From the IMG/VR virus record IMGVR_UViG_3300028738_000008: a stretch of DNA of 64,000 nt. The stretch is one strand, 5' to 3'. The stretch comes from a virus (taxonomy: Duplodnaviria > Caudoviricetes). Position 1 is the first letter of the stretch. Each line of letters starts with the position of its first letter. The notes below the pieces were generated by a model, which worked only from the letters and a program-made list of their open reading frames with translations, was not told the origin of the DNA and searched no databases. This document shows, one piece after another, positions 56,620-64,000 of this stretch. The translations under genes and the position numbers were made by a program.

Positions 56620-57666
56620 TTATTTTCTAACTTTATTATAATTGTCTAAAAGCTGCTTCTCAAACATAACCACTGTATAGAAAGGTTCGAGATAATTGAC
56701 GAAATTACCGCCATTGAATATAGTTAGAAATCCGTCTTCGATCATTAGCTTATATAGGTTCTTACTACCCCTATTTTCAGGTGATAAAGGCATTTCCAAC
56801 TGAGCTAATTCCTCCACAGCCTGTGCATTAAGAAAGGGTCTTGAAAGGTCTGTCAACTCATAATTAAGCTTTAATCTGGGGATGTTTGCCAATAAACTCT
56901 CGAATATTTTTAAAGGTTTTTTCTTCTCAAGTATTCTATTTTTATTGATTTCATCAGCACGTCCACATATCTCTCTAACAGTTAGCTTTCTAAATTTAAT
57001 ATCAGGAAAATGTTTTATTAGAACGTCTTCTTTTATACCTGCAATACCCTTAATGTTATCCGAAACATCACCGCCAATTATTTTTACAATTAAGCCATTA
57101 GAATAATGATACTTGAAGTCATAGAAAAATGTGGCTTTAGTCACAGGATGATCAATATTGCCAAATAATATTGTTATGTCAAGTTCGAGCAATTGAATGA
57201 AGTCCCTATCGTTAGTAAACAAAAAGATTATTTCCTTCTTTGAATTCGATTTGCAATACGACGCAATCAGGTCATCTGCTTCAATTTCATCAACTTCTAT
57301 CTGGCGAATAAACAATTCTTCGATGTATTGCTGAATACGTTTCTTATTTTTTAAAATGGACTCGTCTTTAGCTTGTTCACGTCTTATTTCGGCATCAGTC
57401 ATTTCAATTTTACTGTGCCACGACTTATCCTTTCGATTTGCTTTATACTCAGGATCGAGTTTATGCCTATCAATTCCGCCGTTCTCACCATCCCAACACA
57501 CCACAACCTTATTGATCTGATGTTCTTTAATTAGCTTTCTAATGGTCGTTAGAAAGCCATATAGACCACCGATCGATCCGAAAGACGCTGTATAAGCATC
57601 TTTCGCACCGAAGAATGATCTTTTTAGAAGATAGTTTCCGTCAACTAATAGGGTTCTGATTTCCAT
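56620..57666 (-). CDS. 5'-3' exonuclease / flap endonuclease (PolI N-terminal, T4 RNase H-like)
   Basis: LLVDGN, CWDG, YKANRK, EADDLIA, NDRDF, GDVSDNIKGI. Confidence 0.9.
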   Translation of the reverse strand: MEIRTLLVDGNYLLKRSFFGAKDAYTASFGSIGGLYGFLTTIRKLIKEHQINKVVVCWDGENGGIDRHKLDPEYKANRKDKSWHSKIEMTDAEIRREQAKDESILKNKKRIQQYIEELFIRQIEVDEIEADDLIASYCKSNSKKEIIFLFTNDRDFIQLLELDITILFGNIDHPVTKATFFYDFKYHYSNGLIVKIIGGDVSDNIKGIAGIKEDVLIKHFPDIKFRKLTVREICGRADEINKNRILEKKKPLKIFESLLANIPRLKLNYELTDLSRPFLNAQAVEELAQLEMPLSPENRGSKNLYKLMIEDGFLTIFNGGNFVNYLEPFYTVVMFEKQLLDNYNKVRK

Positions 57667-58748
57667 TAGCTTTCTTCGCTAAATTCTACGTCATGAGCCT
57701 CAAATGTTAAATCATCGGAAGTCATTGTATCGTCATTGAAGATATTCCTAAAGAATAGAATATATTTCTTCTTATAGATTTCAAGATCGTCAGGATAAAC
57801 AAAACCATGAGGCGTTGAGATAATTTTCCCCTCCATTGAGATACCTCCAAGTGGGCCGTCAATATGGTTCTTAGCTACATTGATTCGAGCCTCAATTCCG
57901 TAGTTCACATCACGTTTCTTGCTGGTTGCCATAATCTTTTTAGTTCCATGAGCAATAATACCACCGAAATGATAAATAAGCCTTGAACCGAAATAGAATG
58001 TTTCACCACCTTTATGTTTTACTCCTCCGCCGTTCATATTGTCAATCCATATTTTCTGAACAGCGATAACAGTATTAATATATGGCTTATCAATCTTTCT
58101 ACTGTTTGGAATGGTATTGTTTAGCATTGATAGAAAACATGTTTCGTAAGCTTTTGCATTCCACATGTTATTCGCAGTTGTTTCTTTAACCTGTGCATTA
58201 ATTGTGGCAATACAGTTTAGTGTACCAATCGAGTCAATAGCAAACGTAATATTACGATCAAGATTACCATCATTCTGTTCATCCATAAAATAGTACATAC
58301 ATTTAGCTAAATCTTCAATAGACGCTTCGTTTCGATCCTTATCCTGTTTTTTACCAAAATTTGTTAACAAGTATTCGTTATCAATCAGAATATATTCGCC
58401 GTTTATGTCAAAACCCATTTTTACAAGCCTTTCCATACCCATATTGTTTTCAGTATCAATAATGATTACTAAGTCGCCATCTTTCTGTGCTGCAACAATG
58501 CCTTCACATACAGCTGTCGATTTTCCTGTGTTAGAGAAACCTCTACATAGATTTACATAACCTTTAGCAAAACCTGGAAGTCCTGTTGCCTTTTCCATTG
58601 CCGCTGAGGTTCTTAGCCATGTTAAAGGCTTATCAGGAACGTCTTCACAGCCAGCTTTTTTCTTAAAATCTGCTAAAGAAAATGTTTTTTTTGCCGTAGC
58701 TTTTCTTACCACCACGTTTGGCGGTACTATATTTGTATTATCTTTCAT
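57666..58748 (-). CDS. recA: RecA/UvsX-like recombinase
   Basis: Walker A GFSNTGKST, IIIDTE, Walker B FAIDSIG, KHKGG, VAKNH. ATG 58748 preferred over 58796. Confidence 0.8.
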   Translation of the reverse strand: MKDNTNIVPPNVVVRKATAKKTFSLADFKKKAGCEDVPDKPLTWLRTSAAMEKATGLPGFAKGYVNLCRGFSNTGKSTAVCEGIVAAQKDGDLVIIIDTENNMGMERLVKMGFDINGEYILIDNEYLLTNFGKKQDKDRNEASIEDLAKCMYYFMDEQNDGNLDRNITFAIDSIGTLNCIATINAQVKETTANNMWNAKAYETCFLSMLNNTIPNSRKIDKPYINTVIAVQKIWIDNMNGGGVKHKGGETFYFGSRLIYHFGGIIAHGTKKIMATSKKRDVNYGIEARINVAKNHIDGPLGGISMEGKIISTPHGFVYPDDLEIYKKKYILFFRNIFNDDTMTSDDLTFEAHDVEFSEES

Positions 58749-58809
58749 ATTTAATTTGTTATTGAAAATAATATGGGATACCTTACAGCATCCCATATTT
58801 TATTTTGAA

Positions 58810-60063
58810 TTAGAACGGTAAGTCCTTGTATTCTTCTTCATCTGAATCTGGTTCGGCATCTGGTTCGTTAGAATCAGCTTCCTGTGTAGTTTCAGTAACT
58901 ACTGGCTCATTTGAGGGAATAACAGAGGTATTAACTTCGGTAGGTTTCTCAGCATCATGCTGTTGAATCAAAGCTGCTGCAACGTCAAGAGAGTTGTCGG
59001 TATATGTTCCGACGTCACTTTTAGTAACATTAGTAATATTTACGTTACTATTGTCTTCAAGGTCAGAAGCATATTCAAAGTTTTCATCCTCTGTATCTGC
59101 ATTAACCTTTCTTGTGTTAGCCAATGCTTCAAGATCAGGATGATTAGGAAATACCCAATGTTTGCTACTTGGGTCAGAATCTTCCCAATATGGACTGTTA
59201 CCTTCAACAATCAATTCTAGGAATTGTAATGCTGTGATAGCTGGCGCATTTTTTGGTTTGAATACTTGTCTCCAAGTGATTGTGTCATCAAGCCATTGCT
59301 GTGCAACGATTGGGTCTTGGTGTAAAGCCGATTTACCCTTTGTTGTGATAGCTGATACAGCTTTGTAGGTTTTGCCTTTGAATTCGCTATCGCCCATAGT
59401 GATAGAGATATCTGTCCCAACGATAGGATCAGCAAAATTGACTTTGTTCTGGTCGTAAAAGTCTTCAAGTGGTGGCATTAATTTGTCGAACACACCCTGA
59501 CGTTTGTAATTGAATTTAAATCTCCAAAACTTAACGCCATCTTTTTCCTGACCTTTGTCTATACCACGAACGATATAGAATTTCTTAGCTTCCCATGAAG
59601 TAGCTTCTTTGTAGATCAAGTCATTGCTTTCTTTAACCTTAAGCTGAGCAGGTGTCATGTTATCCTTTTTTACATACTTGATAGAAGGGTCTTGCTTATC
59701 AGCATATTTCTTAGCTTGCACACATAAAGGACATGGTGCTGGAATCATAACTTGTTTACCATTAAGGTCTTTTACAAGATCGCCATTTTTGTCTACCTTT
59801 GGTACGGGTGGATCATTGTGGGCTGGACAGTAAACAATTGTATTAAATTTTTTGGTGTTGCCAACGGCATTTGTGGTAACCACGTGGAAATACGCTTCGT
59901 CATAGAAGTTCTTACCTTTATAAGGTAGAATACGAAATATTTCTTTAGGTTTTCTGGGAACGAAATACTTGGCTAGTATTTCTTCGGCTGTTTTCTTTTT
60001 GTTTAGATTCTGACTTTTTTGGTAGTCAGCGAACATTGCCTTTAAATCATTTGAGTTTTCCAT
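58810..60063 (-). CDS. ssb: single-stranded DNA-binding protein (gp32-like)
   Basis: IFRILP, CPAH...CPLC zinc site, FYIVRG...VKFWRF, acidic tail ending DEEEYKDLPF; next to recA. Confidence 0.75.
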   Translation of the reverse strand: MENSNDLKAMFADYQKSQNLNKKKTAEEILAKYFVPRKPKEIFRILPYKGKNFYDEAYFHVVTTNAVGNTKKFNTIVYCPAHNDPPVPKVDKNGDLVKDLNGKQVMIPAPCPLCVQAKKYADKQDPSIKYVKKDNMTPAQLKVKESNDLIYKEATSWEAKKFYIVRGIDKGQEKDGVKFWRFKFNYKRQGVFDKLMPPLEDFYDQNKVNFADPIVGTDISITMGDSEFKGKTYKAVSAITTKGKSALHQDPIVAQQWLDDTITWRQVFKPKNAPAITALQFLELIVEGNSPYWEDSDPSSKHWVFPNHPDLEALANTRKVNADTEDENFEYASDLEDNSNVNITNVTKSDVGTYTDNSLDVAAALIQQHDAEKPTEVNTSVIPSNEPVVTETTQEADSNEPDAEPDSDEEEYKDLPF

Positions 60064-60167
60064 TTTCTGTGTTATTACAATTTATTTATTTATTTCAATT
60101 AATGTTTCAATTCTTGTTCCAGTAATTTGTTTACTTTAACCAAAAAATAAACTTATTTGAATTGATA

Positions 60168-60197
60168 CAAAGGTAATGCTTTTTTATCAATTCGCAA
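60168..60197 (-). promoter_or_regulatory. Bacteroidota-type primary-sigma promoter
   Basis: Minus strand reads TTG-N19-TACCTTTG, about 100 nt upstream of ssb. Confidence 0.65.
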
Positions 60198-60209
60198 GCA
60201 ATTTATTTT

Positions 60210-61565
60210 TTATTTTGCTATAATCCTGAATTTAATAACATCTTTTATAACGCTATTATTTCCAGATATTTGTCTAATTTTCAAATAATAGTCTTGAGGT
60301 ATTAACCATATTGTATTCAAGTCAATAGAGTATTCACTACCGATTTTGTTTACCTTTGTGAATGGCAATATTTCAAGTTGAGCATCTACCCCGATCTGCG
60401 TAAACACGCCGTATTCGTAAATCAGATTACTATTCTTTGCCTTGTAAAGCTCTCTCGATCTTACAGCAATTTTTTTAATGTCTCCCTGAGTAATGACCTC
60501 ATTTTCAAATAAGCCATCAACAGTTACATGGTAGTTATCAAGATTTATATAACTCGTATATAAATACTCAGAAAAAGATTTTAAATAGAATTTATTCAAA
60601 ATTTTATTGCTATTTCCGTTAATATTTACGTCCCATTCATCATGAAAAATAACTGCATCTGGATACGTTGAAGAGCTAATAATAATTGGGATACTAAACA
60701 GTCCCTTTGTTATGGTTGTGACAGTTGCGCCAGAAATGTACTCTATAACATTATTCTCATAGTCATATATTTTTACGCTATTAATAGTTATATCGCTAGG
60801 CACATTTCTAAGGTCTAAAAATAGCTTATTATTCTTATCCAAATAAAAATTGCTTCTATCATCATCGACATCATAAACAAATTGCGTTTCGATATATGGT
60901 TCATAATATGTATTAGTATCCTTAGCATGAAATGCCACTGACTGCATATTTGTGGTCGTACCTGTTTCAATGATTTCGGAATATTTTATGCCTATACCAT
61001 AAAAGTCCTCGATACCATCGATTATTAAATTAATGTATTCTGTGATATCTAAATTAATATCCTCAGTGCCATTATTAAAATCCTGATAGCCTAGAACATC
61101 GCCACTATTGCCGCTAAATGATCCACTGTAATTCCAAGACTCTCCATTTTTTGCATTATTCCAATTACTAACTTCGTCATCTGGTTTCAAGTATTTTAAA
61201 ATGTCGAGATTGAAATTGTATTTAGAACCGTTCGACCAATCCTGTTTTATCTTGAAAAATTCCAATCTAAAGCCAGATGCTCGTTCCATGTTCTCTATAT
61301 ATGTTCCTTTCCCAGCATATTGTGTAGCATTCCTAATTGTATTTGTCATATGTAAAACATGACTAGTAATGTTACTTCTTATGTATGTGCCGCCACTCAT
61401 TGCAGATTGTAAATTTGTAAGGTCAACACTAAATATATATCTGGTAACAATATTATCAAATCCCCCATGAATTAATTCAGTGACAGGGTTTAATGAATTA
61501 TTGGAACTGTTCATGCTTATTAACGTGTTATTCTTATTAAAATATGATCTGAAATTTATAGACAT
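60210..61565 (-). CDS. putative structural protein, beta-rich
   Basis: 451 aa, Asn/Ile/Tyr-rich with Ig/beta-sandwich-like segments. Confidence 0.5.
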   Translation of the reverse strand: MSINFRSYFNKNNTLISMNSSNNSLNPVTELIHGGFDNIVTRYIFSVDLTNLQSAMSGGTYIRSNITSHVLHMTNTIRNATQYAGKGTYIENMERASGFRLEFFKIKQDWSNGSKYNFNLDILKYLKPDDEVSNWNNAKNGESWNYSGSFSGNSGDVLGYQDFNNGTEDINLDITEYINLIIDGIEDFYGIGIKYSEIIETGTTTNMQSVAFHAKDTNTYYEPYIETQFVYDVDDDRSNFYLDKNNKLFLDLRNVPSDITINSVKIYDYENNVIEYISGATVTTITKGLFSIPIIISSSTYPDAVIFHDEWDVNINGNSNKILNKFYLKSFSEYLYTSYINLDNYHVTVDGLFENEVITQGDIKKIAVRSRELYKAKNSNLIYEYGVFTQIGVDAQLEILPFTKVNKIGSEYSIDLNTIWLIPQDYYLKIRQISGNNSVIKDVIKFRIIAK

Positions 61566-61588
61566 TCCTTTTATATTTAATTAAATGC

Positions 61589-62032
61589 TTATTTTAGCGG
61601 AAAGTCACTTCCGAGTTTGTTTGACTTAAATCCTAACAGTACGTCTGTTAATTGATCGTCTTCGGATTTAGGTTCTTCCTCAACCTTATTGGCATCAACC
61701 ATTGCTTGGCATTGTGCCATTTTTTCAGGATTAGCATTTGTGCCATAATATTCAGGGTCTTCGGTTAAATGATCGAAAACAATATCTAATGCTACCATCG
61801 GGTCATCGCTATGTTCCCTTTCAACTTCTAAACCCTTTTTTATCTGTTCCTTACTAAATTTTGATATATTAGCATTATCACCAAGTCCGCCTTGAAGTTC
61901 GTCGCCAACTTCTTCTTTATCGGCAACAACTGAATCAACGTCGTCATTAAATGAAACGTTATTTACCTTACCCATCATTTCGAGCAATAGTTCTTTAGTT
62001 CCTTTATTAATTTTACTCATAGATATTGTCAT
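61589..62032 (-). CDS. DUF5661-like protein
   Basis: EQIKKGLEVEREH.DD...ALDIVFDHL.EDPEYY. Confidence 0.6.
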   Translation of the reverse strand: MTISMSKINKGTKELLLEMMGKVNNVSFNDDVDSVVADKEEVGDELQGGLGDNANISKFSKEQIKKGLEVEREHSDDPMVALDIVFDHLTEDPEYYGTNANPEKMAQCQAMVDANKVEEEPKSEDDQLTDVLLGFKSNKLGSDFPLK

Positions 62033-62432
62033 TTATTTTGCCAAAATTCCTTAATAATATGCCTGCCTTGGCATTTGCCTCATTTTCTTCGTCGCTGCCT
62101 GTCTCACCAGACTGTGCGTTTATTTTGCCTTCAAGATTCTGTTTATGATGAACTAATTCATGACCTAGAGTCCTCAATATATCTGCAAGATTTCTGTTTG
62201 CGCCAATGATATCAATTATCATATCGTTTGGGACATAACCGCCGAACGATTTTGATTTCTTAGCCTCGTCATCATTATATGAAATATTAATCTTAGGTAT
62301 ATTTCCGCCTAGATTAAGTTCAGTGTCGGCAAAGGTAATAAATTGTTTTATTATTTCGTCTCTTTTATCCTGATCATTATCCAAACTAATATGATTAACC
62401 TTTTCGAATATTTCAAACAGTTTATTCTTCAT
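62013..62432 (-). CDS. HExxH zinc metalloprotease-like protein
   Basis: RTLGHELVHHKQ; ENEANAKAG. Confidence 0.7.
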   Translation of the reverse strand: MKNKLFEIFEKVNHISLDNDQDKRDEIIKQFITFADTELNLGGNIPKINISYNDDEAKKSKSFGGYVPNDMIIDIIGANRNLADILRTLGHELVHHKQNLEGKINAQSGETGSDEENEANAKAGILLRNFGKINDNIYE

Positions 62433-62433
62433 G

Positions 62434-63123
62434 TTATGTTAGTCTATTAAAACTATCCTTTATATCATCGTTCTCAGGTAAATCATCGAAATTTGCAACA
62501 TATGTGCCATCTTCCAATTGTTTAATACCCTTGTCCTGATTATTTTTATCAAACCATGAATCCGACCAGAAATCGTTAAGATTGAAGTAATATGGATATG
62601 AAACTTTTGACTTGCTCATTAATTTCTCCGAATTCGTAGGCTCTCTGACTTCGGCAACGTCGGTATCAAGCACATTCAGCTTTCCAGTAATCTTACTAAC
62701 CTCATTATTTAAGCTTTCCATTTGATCATGAATAGCCTTCATTGCAATGATGTTGCTTTTGATAACCTCATTCTGCAAACTATTAATATCAGGTTCAGGC
62801 TCAGCCATTGGAGCATCAACTGGTGGCATTCCACCCATGTCAGGTTCTATCTGGTCTTCTGGTGCGACTTGTTCTGGTTCAGGCTCTACCTGATCCTCTG
62901 GAGCAACCTGTTCTGGTTCTTCAATCGGCGGAACATTTGCATTTGGTTTTAAACCTTTTTGTGCTTCGTCGCCTTCCTCATTCGATTCCTCATATAATTC
63001 ATCTGGAAAATTGTCAAAGTCGTCGTCTTCACCCATTACTGCCGTATATTTGGGTGATTCGTTTACAACATAAGTCATCTTGTGGATAATTTTATCCAAA
63101 TTAATAATATTTTCTTTTTTCAT
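62434..63123 (-). CDS. acidic protein with EPEQVAPEDQ repeats and coiled coil
   Basis: Duplicated (E)PEQVAPEDQ(V/I)EP; Pro/Glu-rich; downstream coiled coil. Confidence 0.6.
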   Translation of the reverse strand: MKKENIINLDKIIHKMTYVVNESPKYTAVMGEDDDFDNFPDELYEESNEEGDEAQKGLKPNANVPPIEEPEQVAPEDQVEPEPEQVAPEDQIEPDMGGMPPVDAPMAEPEPDINSLQNEVIKSNIIAMKAIHDQMESLNNEVSKITGKLNVLDTDVAEVREPTNSEKLMSKSKVSYPYYFNLNDFWSDSWFDKNNQDKGIKQLEDGTYVANFDDLPENDDIKDSFNRLT

Positions 63124-63133
63124 ATCTCGAATA

Positions 63134-63328
63134 TTAATATTGTTCTCTCTCTTGTTCTCTCAATAATTGACGTCCGTCTTCTGTAACGAAAACCTTATCA
63201 ACTCTTTCGATAAGCGAATGGTTTTGAAGTACTACTTCTTTCCTTTTCTTTCCGTTCTTTTCAGAGCTAGTCAACATGCTGTCGCCTCCCATGAAGTCGT
63301 CTAAAGCATTTTCTAAATTGTTGTCCAT
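63134..63328 (-). CDS. small hypothetical late protein
   Basis: 64 aa; late motif upstream. Confidence 0.55.
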   Translation of the reverse strand: MDNNLENALDDFMGGDSMLTSSEKNGKKRKEVVLQNHSLIERVDKVFVTEDGRQLLREQEREQY

Positions 63329-63343
63329 AGCATTATATTTTTA

Positions 63344-63352
63344 TATAAATAC
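63344..63352 (-). promoter_or_regulatory. putative late promoter
   Basis: GTATTTATA(TAAAAA), 15 nt before ATG 63328; 7-bp inverted repeat 63345-63366. Confidence 0.55.
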
Positions 63353-63362
63353 TATCAGATAT

Positions 63363-63992
63363 TTATTTAGCAATCATGGTAACAACAAATCTTTTAAGTG
63401 ATTCGAATCTATCATAGATTTTATAATACTTCATGTATTCGTCGCCATTAAGATCGTCGATATAATTGGGGCATCTGGATGATAATTCTTTAAAGAAAAT
63501 TTCCTGATCAAAGTTTAGAAACTTGATCAATCTTAAATTAATACCTATTATCTCATTATCATGTAATAGGTAAATACACTCATTTTTATACTTGTAAATC
63601 CTATCAATACTTTTTGGGAGAACATCGAGAAAATCAATCGATGTTCTTATATTTAGGAACGTCGGGTCAATATTAACATAATTATATCTTGATCGAAAAT
63701 ATAGATCGGGTGCTTTCGCAACAAAGCTATAAACGCCAATAATATTTAAAGACTTATACTCATTAAAGGAAAATTCCCAATACAATTTATTGGGAATAAT
63801 ACACTTAGTCAGAATATCTGCATCCATGATCTTTTCATTATTATTACATGATTTCATAAAACGCCACCCCACATATAATGTGGGAAGCGTATTATCAATT
63901 TCATTGTAGTTTACAGATTTATTAATATAATTAATATAATCCGATTCGATGTGGTTTACCAATTCTTCGTATACCACGTTTGCGATTTTCAT
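63363..63992 (-). CDS. hypothetical protein
   Basis: 209 aa; LPTLYVGW...LYWEFS. Confidence 0.6.
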   Translation of the reverse strand: MKIANVVYEELVNHIESDYINYINKSVNYNEIDNTLPTLYVGWRFMKSCNNNEKIMDADILTKCIIPNKLYWEFSFNEYKSLNIIGVYSFVAKAPDLYFRSRYNYVNIDPTFLNIRTSIDFLDVLPKSIDRIYKYKNECIYLLHDNEIIGINLRLIKFLNFDQEIFFKELSSRCPNYIDDLNGDEYMKYYKIYDRFESLKRFVVTMIAK

Positions 63993-64000
63993 CTATGTTT

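Noticed and set aside
47100-58748. Inteins or group I introns in polB, dnaB, the SNF2 helicase or recA
   Set aside because: No C/S...HN-C/S/T splice junctions or LAGLIDADG blocks recognised, and catalytic motifs lie in continuous frames.
11637-63352. Reading the motif as the T4 late promoter TATAAATA firing on the + strand
   Set aside because: It would point away from the adjacent genes in every case, and the one + strand late gene (5908) has the motif flipped, so orientation follows GTATTTAT.
1-64000. tRNA or other structured ncRNA genes accompanying the CCA enzyme
   Set aside because: No intergenic gap shows cloverleaf or T-loop signatures by eye, and gaps are short and explained by promoters and terminators. 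tRNAscan-SE or Infernal would be decisive.

Overview
This window is a densely coding, AT-rich 64-kb segment of a large lytic tailed phage (jumbo myovirus-like) that uses the standard genetic code. The host is most likely a Bacteroidota member: host-type promoters match the Bacteroides/Flavobacterium consensus TTG-N19/20-TAnnTTTG, start regions lack Shine-Dalgarno sites, and SprB-like repeats occur. Positions 1-5053 are a + strand block of small accessory and membrane genes, including HD and HAD phosphatases. Nearly everything else is on the - strand. It includes a recombination-dependent replication set (SSB, RecA-like, 5'-3' exonuclease, DnaB, SNF2/HARP helicase, family B polymerase, primase, a single-chain SbcD-SbcC fusion, RuvC-like resolvase), an ECF-type sigma factor and a lone QueC-like gene. 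There is also a baseplate/tail block (gp25-, gp6-, gp7-like and tail-collar-like proteins), two glycosyltransferases, scattered lysis-like genes and many unknown late genes. Best leads: (1) a GT-A glycosyltransferase between two Thr-rich, mucin-like tail/baseplate proteins, a candidate virion O-glycosylation system; (2) a late-expressed CCA-adding enzyme fused to three novel repeats and a 2H phosphoesterase, a candidate one-chain tRNA 3'-end repair enzyme, in an operon with Nudix and WYL proteins that share [ILV]-x-E putative prohead-protease sites (possible packaged effector cargo); (3) a recurring GTATTTAT late-promoter-like motif, often embedded in hairpins next to start codons; (4) several apparently dead enzymes. 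All assignments come from motif recognition by eye; no database searches were run. No tRNA genes, CRISPR arrays, inteins or integrases were seen.
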